A stretch of DNA of 63,477 nt, filler included, from Octopus bimaculoides (GCF_001194135.2; 5 parts of 4 records of this genome joined end to end with filler, not necessarily neighbours in it); one strand, 5' to 3'; positions 12,063-24,795 are shown, counted from the first letter of the whole stretch. Numbers and translations are program-made. Notes: generated by a model from the sequence alone, not told the origin.

Positions 12063-12097
<35 letters not shown>

Positions 12098-12315
12098 CGC
12101 GCACGCGCGCACATGCACATGCACACACACACTCACACACTCACACAAAGAGAGATAACAAAGCAACTGACAAATAAATGGATATAGATATCGATCAATA
12201 TATTATGCTGCATCGATATATGCACACGCATATGTACTCATTATATATGCATATACATATATGCACACACGTACACACACGCGCACACACATAAATACAC
12301 ATATATATATATATA

Positions 12316-12421
12316 GTTGAAATTTACACAAAAACCAAAAACGAAGACAGGTGCATAAACAACAAGCAGGTGTATTAATTTGACGATCGGGAAGGTGAGA
12401 AAATCTTTTACGTTTCGAGCT
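12316..12421 (-). mobile_element. Short PLE-like repeat family P2, copy 3, truncated inside the hammerhead
   Basis: Minus strand GCUC-GAAA-CGUA-AAAG is retained at 12405-12421; the core half is absent. Confidence 0.75.
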
Positions 12422-12489
12422 TAATTTAAGTATGTATGTATATGAATGTATCTATCTATCTATCTGTCTATCTAACTATCTCCCCCCTT

Positions 12490-12570
<81 letters not shown>

Positions 12571-12869
12571 NNNNNNNNNNNNNNNNNNNNNNNNNNNNNN
12601 NNNNNNNNNNNNNNNNNNNNNNNNNNNNNNNNNNNNNNNNNNNNNNNNNNNNNNNNNNNNNNNNNNNNNNNNNNNNNNNNNNNNNNNNNNNNNNNNNNNN
12701 NNNNNNNNNNNNNNNNNNNNNNNNNNNNNNNNNNNNNNNNNNNNNNNNNNNNNNNNNNNNNNNNTATATATGTATATATTCACACACACGCGCACACACA
12801 CATACACACACACACACACACAAACACACACATACATATAGGCAATGTCGTAGAAAATATTTCGAATAA

Positions 12870-12917
12870 AGTGGATGATGGTGATAATGATAATGACGAT
12901 GTCTATTATGATGAAAC

Positions 12918-12953
<36 letters not shown>

Positions 12954-13101
12954 CGATGATGATGGTAGTGATTTTGCTGCTGTGGTTGTTTGTGATGATG
13001 ATGATGATGACGACGACGACGACGACGACGATGATGATCATGACTAAGATGATGAACCGGAAGAAAGCGCGTGGTCAAACTGCATTATCATCATCATCAT
13101 C

Positions 13102-13132
<31 letters not shown>

Positions 13133-13195
13133 CCATCATCACCATCATCATCACCATCATCATCATCATCATCATCATCATCCTCATCATCATAT
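12870..13195. repeat. (GAT/GAC)n and (CAT/CAC)n triplet microsatellites
   Basis: Directly visible triplet runs. Confidence 0.95.
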
Positions 13196-13762
13196 AAATT
13201 TTGCAGTGACTCAGTTGGTTTTTAAGTACCTTGAAGTTGAAGTGTGGTACTTTCGTATAAACCATTAACAATTTCCCGTCAACATATGGGAGGTGGGGGG
13301 TAGACCATGTGTGTGTGTGTGTGTGTGTGTGTGGTGTTTGCGTCTCTCGTATGAGTTACTTAGTAACACTACTACTACTACTACTACTACTACTACCATT
13401 ATCACCGCCACCACNNNNNNNNNNNNNNNNNNNNNNNNNNNNNNNNNNNNNNNNNNNNNNNNNNNNNNNNNNNNNNNNNNNNNNNNNNNNNNNNNNNNNN
13501 NNNNNNNNNNNNNNNNNNNNNNNNNNNNNNNNNNNNNNNNNNNNNNNNNNNNNNNNNNNNNNNNNNNNNNNNNNNNNNNNNNNNNNNNNNNNNNNNNNNN
13601 NNNNNNNNNNNNNNNNNNNNNNNNNNNNNNNNNNNNNNNNNNNNNNNNNNNNNNNNNNNNNNNNNNNNNNNNNNNNNNNNNNNNNNNNNNNNNNNNNNNN
13701 NNNNNNNNNNNNNNNNNNNNNNNNNCATCTGAAATGTTCGTAAACCGAAATTCAAAAGAAAA

Positions 13763-14137
13763 CGCAGGAGTGGCTGTGTGGTAAGTAGCTTGCTCACCAA
13801 CCACATAATTCCCGGTTCAGTCCCACTGCGTGGCATCTTGGGCAAGTGTCTTCTACTATAGTCTCGGGCCGACCAGAGCCTTGTGAGTGGATTTGGTAGA
13901 CGGAAACTGAAAGAAGCTCGTCGTATATGTGTGTGTGTGTTTGTCCTCCGCTTGCCATCGCTTGACAGCCGATGTTGGTGTGTTTACGTCCCCGTAACTT
14001 AGCGGTTCGGCAAAAGAAAAACCGATAGAATAAGTACTAAGCTTAAAAAGAACAAGTCGTGCGTCGATTTGCTCGACTAAAGGCGGTGCTCCAGCATGGC
14101 CGCAGTCAAATAACTGCAACAAGTAACAGAATAAAAT
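13763..14137 (+). mobile_element. SINE family A, full length
   Basis: cgcaggagtggctgtgtggtaag (box A-like), ggttcagtccc (box B-like), body, GT linker, 3' half ending gcagtcaaataactgcaacaag. Confidence 0.92.
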
Positions 14138-14346
14138 AACACGTGCAAGGATTTGCATTGAACGAAAATGAGGCATCAACTGCCGCTCTTACGTCGAAAC
14201 TTGCAACTCGTCGCCAACAATTGTTGACCGCCATGCGTGTTCGCTACCCGAGACACCGTTCGTCACTCGAGTTGTTTTATGGTCGAAGAATTGTTTGTAA
14301 TCCGATTTGTTCGTGTTGAGAGGCGTTTGTTAATCGAAGTTCCACT

Positions 14347-14390
<44 letters not shown>

Positions 14391-14391
<1 letters not shown>

Positions 14392-14627
14392 GAAACATGA
14401 GTGTTTCGTTCAAATTCCTTAAACTACCCTTATTCAGGGACCTCTTGAACGGGCCCCACCTGCAAGGTCATGAGCTGTTTATCTTGATATGAGGTCACCA
14501 TGTCGCGCACATATGGTTGTGATGCATGTGCCTGGTGTACTCTTGTCAGACGGGTAGACATGATGGGTATACTGGGCTTCGTATATCTTACCCCAGAGTC
14601 ACTTTGATAGCATGCACTGCTCTCTCA
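14391..14627 (+). mobile_element. Interspersed repeat family F (retroposon 3' end with AAT tail)
   Basis: Reverse-complement homologue at 29975-30265 (gggccccacctgcaagg...catatggttgtgatgcatgtgcctggtgta). Confidence 0.75.
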
Positions 14628-14630
14628 ATG

Positions 14631-14666
<36 letters not shown>

Positions 14667-14688
14667 TTAANNNNNNNNNNAATGATGA

Positions 14689-14727
<39 letters not shown>

Positions 14728-14986
14728 TAGAGTGATATATATGTATATAAAATGACATAAGTCCTTGCGTATATGAATTTGTATGCATATACCTACGCAT
14801 AAACACACATAAATATGCATGCCTACAAAGATGCATGCGCAATCAAGCACCCTCGCGCATACGCACACGCGAACACGCATGCATACACATAGACATATTA
14901 TATGTGTATGAATGCATTTATATAGCTGTATGGCCATACACACACTCACATATAGATACATACACACATGCCTATAAGATGCATAC

Positions 14987-15029
<43 letters not shown>

Positions 15030-16896
15030 NNNNNNNNNNNNNNNNNNNNNNNNNNNNNNNNNNNNNNNNNNNNNNNNNNNNNNNNNNNNNNNNNNNNNNN
15101 NNNNNNNNNNNNNNNNNNNNNNNNNNNNNNNNNNNNNNNNNNNNNNNNNNNNNNNNNNNNNNNNNNNNNNNNNNNNNNNNNNNNNNNNNNNNNNNNNNNN
15201 NNNNNNNNNNNNNNNNNNNNNNNNNNNNNNNNNNNNNNNNNNNNNNNNNNNNNNNNNNNNNNNNNNNNNNNNNNNNNNNNNNNNNNNNNNNNNNNNNNNN
15301 NNNNNNNNNNNNNNNNNNNNNNNNNNNNNNNNNNNNNNNNNNNNNNNNNNNNNNNNNNNNNNNNNNNNNNNNNNNNNNNNNNNNNNNNNNNNNNNNNNNN
15401 NNNNNNNNNNNNNNNNNNNNNNNNNNNNNNNNNNNNNNNNNNNNNNNNNNNNNNNNNNNNNNNNNNNNNNNNNNNNNNNNNNNNNNNNNNNNNNNNNNNN
15501 NNNNNNNNNNNNNNNNNNNNNNNNNNNNNNNNNNNNNNNNNNNNNNNNNNNNNNNNNNNNNNNNNNNNNNNNNNNNNNNNNNNNNNNNNNNNNNNNNNNN
15601 NNNNNNNNNNNNNNNNNNNNNNNNNNNNNNNNNNNNNNNNNNNNNNNNNNNNNNNNNNNNNNNNNNNNNNNNNNNNNNNNNNNNNNNNNNNNNNNNNNNN
15701 NNNNNNNNNNNNNNNNNNNNNNNNNNNNNNNNNNNNNNNNNNNNNNNNNNNNNNNNNNNNNNNNNNNNNNNNNNNNNNNNNNNNNNNNNNNNNNNNNNNN
15801 NNNNNNNNNNNNNNNNNNNNNNNNNNNNNNNNNNNNNNNNNNNNNNNNNNNNNNNNNNNNNNNNNNNNNNNNNNNNNNNNNNNNNNNNNNNNNNNNNNNN
15901 NNNNNNNNNNNNNNNNNNNNNNNNNNNNNNNNNNNNNNNNNNNNNNNNNNNNNNNNNNNNNNNNNNNNNNNNNNNNNNNNNNNNNNNNNNNNNNNNNNNN
16001 NNNNNNNNNNNNNNNNTATATATATATATATATATATATACATATATATATAAATATATATATATATATATGTTTATATATATATATGTTTATATATATA
16101 TATATATATAAGTATAGATATATATATATGTGTGTGTATGTGTGTGTTTGTATACGCATATAAGAAACTGTTTGCTGTGTTGAACATGAACTTTGTATGT
16201 GCTAAGTAGTAAAAATACTTATCATTTCTTCTCCTTAGCAATGTATATATGAATGTATGTACGTTATACTCACACACACATACATACACACACATACATA
16301 CACACACATGCATACGTGCATATATCTACCTATATATATATTTACACATGTTGATGAATTATCTCATACATATATTCATAAACATATGCTCAGACACGTA
16401 AGTGTATGCGGATGTTTCTGCAGCTGAGCGAGTGAATACATATTTGTGTACGTACCGCATCGTAGACAAAGAAGCAATAATATACATGTATAAAATATTG
16501 AGTTTGATGTCCGGTTTGTCTCCCTTGTGTGAGGAGAAGACGTCACACACCATTAATCATTAGTTCGTATGCTTATCATATTTCTATTCCCTTTAGTAAA
16601 AACTTTGATATGAACAATTGGTGTATGAGAAATATATTCCACTCCTTGTGATAGACTCTTCCATATATAAATATACATGCATAAATATATATGTATATGC
16701 ACATCCACACCACACACACACAGACAAATATACATACGCTCATACATTTGTACAAATACGTATATATATATATGTATGTTTATGTCAGTATATATGTATT
16801 GTATTATTATATACAGACATTCAGATATGCGTGCATACATAAATATACATATGCATAAATATACACATACACACCTTAAGACACATGTATATATGC

Positions 16897-16950
<54 letters not shown>

Positions 16951-17490
16951 NNNNNNNNNNNNNNNNNNNNNNNNNNNNNNNNNNNNNNNNNNNNNNNNNN
17001 NNNNNNNNNNNNNNNNNNNNNNNNNNNNNNNNNNNNNNNNNNNNNNNNNNNNNNNNNNNNNNNNNNNNNNNNNNNNNNNNNNNNNNNNNNNNNNNNNNNN
17101 NNNNNNNNNNNNNNNNNNNNNNNNNNNNNNNNNNNNNNNNNNNNNNNNNNNNNNNNNNNNNNNNNNNNNNNNNNNNNNNNNNNNNNNNNNNNNNNNNNNN
17201 NNNNNNNNNNNNNNNNNNNNNNNNNNNNNNNNNNNNNNNNNNNNNNNATAATTGTTATCTCCTAATTTTTTCGCATATTGCTTTTGTATATCATTTAGTT
17301 ATTTTATTACTTTACTTTATCTATGTTTCGTGCATTAATCAATGTCCGCCATTAAGTTTGTGGATCTTTAGTCAACAATACCACCCTCCCCACAAAAAAA
17401 AAAAATGGAAAAACACAAAGAAAAACTCTGTTAGCCCTAAAGAAAAAAATGATAAACAGTTACCCACCATATTGCGACGCCGTATTCTCT

Positions 17491-17611
17491 GCGGCGAGCT
17501 GGGAGAATCGTTAGCCGCGTTTCTTTCTGCTCTTTACATTCTAAGTTCGAATTCTGCCAAAATCAACGTTGCATTTCGTCCAGCGTGCTAACGATTCTGT
17601 CAACTCGCCGC
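17491..17611. mobile_element. Two opposed SINE family B heads (inverted chimera)
   Basis: gcggcgagctgggagaatcgttagc (17491-515) versus gctaacgattctgtcaactcgccgc (17587-611); 22/25 complementary. Confidence 0.8.
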
Positions 17612-17759
17612 TTTAACAACAACAACAAGAACAACGACGACGACGACGATGACGATGGCAACAACAATAACAATAATAATAATTTCATTTATTGGCCATC
17701 AGGGCCGTCATATTGGGGACAATATAGTAGTGACAATCAAAAGTCATGAAAATATAACA

Positions 17760-18400
17760 AACGGATAATTTACATCATTCAGAATTAGCGTGAAGTATTG
17801 GTAATATTGTGTTGGATAGTTTTTCTGGTTGTGAATTTAGCGATATGCTTTGTAAAGTTAATTGTATATTATTATTTATTAAGGAGTTTATGATATTTGT
17901 GATTTAATGGAGAATAGAAAGTAAATAAATTTAAAACGTGTGTGATATGTAAATTGATTTTTTAAACTACACGGGGGATTAAACCACAGATATTTCCATT
18001 TACTTATTCTATCTTCTAAAACATCGTTATTATCTTTTAGTTTGTAAAACTATTGCACAATGCTTTGTTATCACGGTATGCTACGCTCTTGAAGTGGCCT
18101 CGTCCGAAGATATGAGCGATGTGCGTTGAGTGATGTTAGGAATAAGGTTTCTTAAAATTGTTGGAGAATGGTTTGAATTATTTTGGATGTACTGTAATTT
18201 GTTGTTGAATTTCTACTCCTACACAAATTGTACATTTTCTCTTTATCATATGTGTATTATGTTTGGTTGATATTCTCATAATCGTAATTTCCTTTCTGGT
18301 TGTCGAAAGACAAATTGATTTCGTGATTTTGTCTGAAGTCAGACGATTAAAAATGATACTAACCCGAAATTACAATTCTTGGATTAATTACCTCTGGCTT
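17760..18400 (-). mobile_element. Penelope-like element ORF remnant (RT C-terminus and linker), many stops and frameshifts
   Basis: Minus-strand SNHSPTILRNLIPNITQRTSLISSDE (~18100-18180), WFNPP (17972-17986) and NHKYHKL match PLE motifs SNHPP..I..ISSDE and WFNPP. Confidence 0.75.
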
Positions 18401-18726
18401 TGTAGACCTAATACGCACAGTTATTAGTATGTACTTCGTTTGCAAGCTTTCAGAGAAGATATCTTGAATGAGGAAAAGTTACGTAGTGTGTATTCTTCCC
18501 ACTTTCCTCATCAGTCTCGGAGAACGCGCAAAAAAAGAAGTCACGAGAGTTGATTTTTTTCGCAACGACTACTTCATTAAATAATATCTTAATACTTTTC
18601 AATTTCGTACTCTGAGTTTTTATTCAACTCAGCAGGTTTTACGCAGTATCAGTGAATGTATTACTCACTGTTTCCTTTATATCGGACGGTAGACAGTTCA
18701 TGTTCAACACAGCAAACAGTTTATTA

Positions 18727-18833
18727 AAAGGCAAAGTCGACCTCGGCGTAATTTGAACTCAGACCGTAGCAGCAGACGAAATACCGCTAAGCATTTCGCC
18801 CGGTGAGCTAACGATTCTGCCAGCTCGCTGCCT
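18727..18833 (-). mobile_element. SINE family B, 5' part
   Basis: aaaggcaaagtcgacctcggcgtaatttgaactcaga...gctaacgattctgccagctcgctgcc. Confidence 0.88.
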
Positions 18834-18883
18834 TACATAATAACAACAACAACAACAGTAATAATGATAATAATAATAATAAT

Positions 18884-18937
<54 letters not shown>

Positions 18938-19247
18938 TTCTTTTATTGTCCACAAGGGCCCAACACTTTTTGAAGATTACATCAAAAGACAAAAGACAAC
19001 GTACTAAAAGTGGGGTTTACATCGATGAAAGGGAGGAAACGGCGGCGAAAAGGATATAACAAAGGATATAAAAATAGAATTGAGGAAAATATAAATAAAT
19101 AGAATCCTCAAAAGACGAGCTTGTTCTCCACAGGTAAATTCTGAGAATAATAATTTCCAGTACTGACGGTTTTTTTTAGATTTTTGGTAAGGTTGCGAAG
19201 TTCAACACCCTCAGTTCTACTACCACCACCGCCACAACTACTACTAC

Positions 19248-19306
<59 letters not shown>

Positions 19307-19554
19307 ATAATAATAATAATAATAATAACGAGAAGTAAAAGAAAATAACAAAGAACTTTGTGCGGAGCAGTAATTGTAATGGTAAGATGAGATTTGCCGC
19401 AACAACAATATCTGCAATAATACCACCACTGCCAACACCAACACCACCACCACTGCCACCAACACCACCACCACCACTGCCACCAACACCACCACCACCA
19501 ACAGAAATAACAACAACAACAGTAACAAAGGTGTTGTGTCTGCGAAAGTAATTA

Positions 19555-19654
19555 NNNNNNNNNNNNNNNNNNNNNNNNNNNNNNNNNNNNNNNNNNNNTT
19601 AATTAATTAANNNNNNNNNNNNNNNNNNNNNNNNNNNNNNNNNNNNNNNNNNNN
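19555..19654. other. Artificial contig-joining linker
   Basis: 44 N + TTAATTAATTAA + 44 N (stops in all six frames). Confidence 0.97.
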
Positions 19655-19799
19655 CTCCACCACCGTCTCACCTCAACCCTTTCATTTTCCTATCAAAAAG
19701 AACCTCCTCCTCCGCCTCTTCCTTGTTGTTGTTGTTGTTGTCATTGTTGTTATTGTGCCTATCTTGCCACCTACAGAGAAACAGCTGACTCCAAACCCC

Positions 19800-20320
19800 T
19801 TTTTATTGTTTCCTTCCTATGTATGTGTGTGTGTGTGATATGGGCCATAGAAATCAAACACACACACACACACATACATACATACACACATACACACACA
19901 CTGGGACATAGATAGACAGATAGGCACATGTATAGAAATAAACACACACACATACACCTGTTTGCAGGCATGCACATACACAAACACATATCCATGTATG
20001 CACGCCGACACACACACAGATACACACACATAGATATCCACACACACACACACACAGGTACGCACACACTGAGAGATACACATACACAGATACACATACA
20101 CATACACACATGCACACACAGATACATGTATGCACATACACAGACACAAAGGGATACATATACATACATACGCACACACATACACATGCACACACACACA
20201 GATATGCACACATGGACGCATACAGATACACACACACACACACACACAAAGATCGGCACACACATGCACACAGTCATATGGAGTAATGCATAACCACACA
20301 CACACACACACACACACACT
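19800..20320. repeat. Degenerate (CA)n/(CATA)n microsatellite field
   Basis: Directly visible; source of several HT/CV pseudo-ORFs. Confidence 0.95.
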
Positions 20321-21134
20321 GGGCTAAACTCATTCCAATGGAATGAAGCCAGGGTGTGGATACCCAGGTATGTCATCCTGTCCACCCTGTTGACCTAAAT
20401 AAAAAGGGCAAATATTTGTCATAGAAAGCATGCTTAACCTTCTTATCACCCAATCCACCTGTGACCAACCCTGCTTATATGACACAAACACCCTGTTGAA
20501 ACTGAACTAAATTTGAACAGTTCTTTATCATCATCATCATCACCATCATCGTGTATGTATCTATGTGTATGTGTGTGTGTGTGTAATTTTTTTTTTTTTT
20601 TGATTTTCATAAACTTTTGTTATAATCTTTNNNNNNNNNNNNNNNNNNNNNNNNNNNNNNNNNNNNNNNNNNNNNNNNNNNNNNNNNNNNNNNNNNNNNN
20701 NNNNNNNNNNNNNNNNNNNNNNNNNNNNNNNNNNNNNNNNNNNNNNNNNNNNNNNNNNNNNNNNNNNNNNNNNNNNNNNNNNNNNNNNNNNNNNNNNNNN
20801 NNNNNNNNNNNNNNNNNNNNNNNNNNNNNNNNNNNNNNNNNNNNNNNNNNNNNNNNNNNNNNNNNNNNNNNNNNNNNNNNNNNNNNNNNNNNNNNNNNNN
20901 NNNNNNNNNNNNNNNNNNNNNNNNNNNNNNNNNNNNNNNNNNNNNNNNNNNNNNNNNNNNNNNNNNNNNNNNNNNNNNNNNNNNNNNNNNNNNNNNNNNN
21001 NNNNNNNNNNNNNNNNNNNNNNNNNNNNNNNNNNNNNNNNNNNNNNNNNNNNNNNNNNNNNNNNNNNNNNNNNNNNNNNNNNNNNNNNNNNNNNNNNNNN
21101 NNNNNNNNNNNNNNNNNNNNNNNNNNNNNNNNNN

Positions 21135-21368
21135 CGTTTCTCGTGGATGGACGGTTCCGGTTCCTCGTCAGCCGCGACGGCATTCGTGTCGAAGCGGAAG
21201 GCGTCGAAGTGGGCCAAGCGCCACGGAGCGGCGAGCTACGTTGAGTGCTCCTCGGTGACGGGCGAAGGCGTCGACGACGTGTTCCAGGTCGCCCTCGACC
21301 ATGTGTTGGCGCCGAAGAAGGAGAGCTACTTTCGGAAATCTTTGCGGAAATTTTTCTGGAAAGTTTGA
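21135..21368 (+). CDS. C-terminal part of an atypical Rho-family small GTPase (5' part in the gap); no CAAX
   Basis: GC-rich island open from the gap edge: RFSWMDGSGSSSAATAFVSKRKASKWAKRHGAASYVECSSVTGEGVDDVFQVALDHVLAPKKESYFRKSLRKFFWKV*. YVECSS is the Rho-type G5 box, followed by the G.G+..VF helix as in Cdc42/Rac/RhoU/V. Confidence 0.85.
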   Translation, partial: RFSWMDGSGSSSAATAFVSKRKASKWAKRHGAASYVECSSVTGEGVDDVFQVALDHVLAPKKESYFRKSLRKFFWKV

Positions 21369-21572
21369 CGGTTTTGAAGATGAGAACAAGGATGAATCAA
21401 AATTGGGAGGAGGGGGGGTAGATAATGAAGAGGAGGAGGAGGAGATATGGAGAGACAAAATAAACAAAAATGATAAAATGATTTAATACACTATATGTGT
21501 ATGTGTATATATATGTATGTATGTATACACACACTCACATTCACATACACACACACATATATACATACACAG

Positions 21573-21606
<34 letters not shown>

Positions 21607-21814
21607 GTATGTATGTATCTAATATAGAAATGTGTGTATATTTAATATATATATATACATACATATGCATATACATATATATATATTGTTGATAGTTGGA
21701 AGAAGGAGTACTCGTTACTATTACAGAAATTAATTAATATTTTATTTTGATTGAGTCGTTTCTTGCTATTTAGAGTTTTACCTGTGGGTACACGGGGTTT
21801 TTGAGCAAGTTATG

Positions 21815-21853
<39 letters not shown>

Positions 21854-21863
21854 NNNNNNNNNN

Positions 21864-21901
<38 letters not shown>

Positions 21902-21904
<3 letters not shown>

Positions 21905-22230
21905 TAATACCTCACATTATGGAGACCTGGTTTACAAGACCCCGGGTTAACAAATTATATTCTAAAATAAATATAAAATGGTTTAAACAGCCATTTTGTG
22001 TGTGTGTGTGTGTGTGGGGCAATGTCACAACATGTAGCAATGTCACAACATGTGGCAATGTCACAACATGTGGCAACACTGGTTCTGACATGCATGTCTA
22101 CACAGCAATGGAATAAAATGATGGCATAAAATTTCATCTCTATTATGGGAAATTATTGCTCTGCTTTATGAGTTTTTGCTTAACGAGCTGTCTCCGGGAA
22201 CAAATTAACTCGTATATCAAGGCATTGCCG
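21902..22230 (+). mobile_element. pogo/Tigger-like MITE
   Basis: TA-flanked; left end cagtaatacctc; right end attaactcgtatatcaaggcattgccg (imperfect inverted repeat typical of Tigger ends). Confidence 0.6.
22018..22078. repeat. 18-bp minisatellite (GGCAATGTCACAACATGT) x~3.4
   Basis: Directly visible tandem units. Confidence 0.95.
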
Positions 22231-22379
22231 TATATATATGTATATATATTTATTTATTTATTTATATGCACATACACAAATGTATGTGTGTGGATATGTA
22301 TGTAAACTTGATTATATGATCAGAGAAATCCACAATTTAAAAACAAAAAGGGCTCGTTATGCAAACCACGTTGATGAAT

Positions 22380-23200
22380 TTGTATTGTCTTTCAATGCTT
22401 TCAACTACATGTTTTCAGCTACATGTTTTCTACACACTCCAAAGAACAACATGTACTTTCTACACATTTCAAAGTCATGTGCTGTCTATACATTGCAAAA
22501 TGAAACACTTGCACAATTTCTACACATTTTCAACATACACACTCAATACACGTTTTAAATAACAAACAATATTGTCTCTACAAATTTTAAGCACCGTATA
22601 TCATACCAAAGTTGTGTACCATGCCCTCTACACATTTTCAAGACTCAAAATTTCTCCATAATTTAGATATTCACTGTACAAGTTTTCTAAAGATTTATGC
22701 TTTGTTCCATGTATTTCCAGGAAGGATAGGTGTTTTATACCTAACTTATCTATGCATTTTAAACAATGCATACCAAAGTTGTGCATTCTCTATGCATTTT
22801 CAAGACTCAAGAATTCTTTTTGAACTCTAAACATTCACTATGTACATTTTCCAATGAAGCGTTTTCTACGCACTTCGAAGAACAATTCATGCTCTCTACA
22901 CATTTCAAAGAGCGATACATTACAAAGAAGCACTAACACTTTTTCTACACATTTTCCACACATACTATATTCACATTTTAAATAACACAGCATTGTCTCT
23001 ACAAATTTTTGAGCAGTGCATGACATGCTAAAGTTACATACTCTCTACACGTTTCCAAAACTCACAAATTTTCTTCGTAATTTAAAATATTCACCGAGTA
23101 AAAAAATATTAAATGCACATTTTTGTTTTTTTTTAAGATACAGCATCTACGCATTTTTAAACAATTTTACATGCTCTCTACACATTTTGAACAACTGCAC
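22380..23200. repeat. Eroded tandem repeat region with recurring (ct)ctacacatttt motif
   Basis: The motif recurs many times; 22553-22673 aligns loosely with 22976-23094 and 22768-22838. Confidence 0.7.
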
Positions 23201-23749
23201 ACATGCTCTCTCTCCACACACACTACATATTTTAAATTTTAGTCCACACACACACATACACACTTTTTCTTTCTTTCTCTCTCTCTCTCTCCACACACAT
23301 ATTAAACACATGCTCCCTACATGTTTAAACATGCACACTATACACATTTTAAATGAAACACCTACACACACTCAGACTTTTAAATACACACACACACACA
23401 CGCACACACATTAACAAGGTACGTCCTGACGATGATGATGATGATGGTGTACCATCAACACGTTTTTAAGAAGCTCCCTCACTGTTCGTGATGTTGATGA
23501 TGATGATAAGACACACAAGTGCATAGGGCGCACCCTAGCCTAGGCTATACTTTTGTAAAATAAATTATCACTAAAATAGTGTTTTAGTTCTTCCACTTAC
23601 CTGTATAACTTTATTTTATTACCGGTAATCATAAGCAATTTATTGCATCCACATTCAATATAAACATACTGTAGGCAATTGTTCACCAAGTGATGGCAGC
23701 ATACGTTTTATAAACATACATACCCGTTTTGATCCTACATTGAGTGGAG

Positions 23750-24240
23750 TGGATGCAGGGGTATCAACAAAAATATCATACCCAGATGGTGTCAGTACAT
23801 CACTGAGGGGCTAAAAATATACTTGTGGGTACAACAAACTCTATTCATACAGGGTCAACAAATCTCTGGAGTTATGGGTTTATGTTGGGTTAACAAGTTG
23901 CAAAGGTCAACTAACTAGGAATCGCATTTATTGGCTCAGTAATTGAGCCTTGGAAAATAATACATTTTGAGGGTTAATGAAACTAAATGGGTTAACAAAG
24001 CCACAATGTGCCTTATAAACAATATACATTGAGTGAACCCAAGTTCAGTGTGGGATACACATCATAGGTTAACAAATATACTTTGTGCCTTGTAGCATAG
24101 AATGTATTATTATGGGTTAACAAAATCAGTTTGTACCTTATAACATAATTTATATTTGAATGGTCAAATCTTAAGTGGGTAATATGTAGAGATGCTAAAA
24201 AGTTCTCTATGTACCTTGGATAATAATATACTGGGTCAAA
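23750..24240. repeat. Eroded ~48-bp minisatellite with GGT(T/C/A)AACAAA core
   Basis: Cores at ~23827, 23852, 23887, 23989, 24066 and 24114; flanks of the last three align. Confidence 0.65.
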
Positions 24241-24530
24241 TTAACCCTTTCTTGGGGGGCGGGGAGGGTAATCTAGTGGGTTGTTGTTTTTGGAAATATA
24301 CATACATGCTTTTAATTTAATACTGTGAGGTGATGTATAAATGTTATAAAAATATTTTCTTCATTGTACGTCCATTGTCCATGCTGGCATGGGTTGGTAA
24401 TTAAGATTTCAGTTAATTACACATTGTTAAACTCCAATATGGTATTACAATGCAATAAATATGGAACTAACTTGCACGTCTGTACAGAATTGGTTAGAAT
24501 GATTGCTGAGAGCAATGTATTTAGAATGGT

Positions 24531-24750
24531 TGGCACTCCGTCGCTTAAGACGACGAGGGTTTCCAGTTGATCTGATCAACGGAACAGCCTGTTCATGAAA
24601 TTAACGTGCAAGTGGCTGAGCACTCCACAGACACGTGTACCCTTAACGTAGTTCTCAGGGGATATTCAGCGTGACACAGAGTGTGACAAGGCTGACCCTT
24701 TGAATTACAGGCACAACAGAAACAGGAAGTAAGAGTGAGAGAAAGTTGTG
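24531..24750 (-). mobile_element. SINE family D, 3' half with tail T1
   Basis: Reverse complement of 35000-35222. Confidence 0.9.
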
Positions 24751-24795
24751 ACTTGGATCAATGTAACAAAGTTATTATTATTATTATTATTATCT

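Noticed and set aside
18469-18514. Minus-strand CTGATGA with an adjacent hairpin
   Set aside because: No GAAA follows stem II and there is no NUH or stem I; not a hammerhead.
22380-24240. Repeat-spacer appearance suggestive of a CRISPR array
   Set aside because: The repeats are short, degenerate and irregularly spaced, the spacers are mutually similar, there are no cas genes, and the context is eukaryotic.
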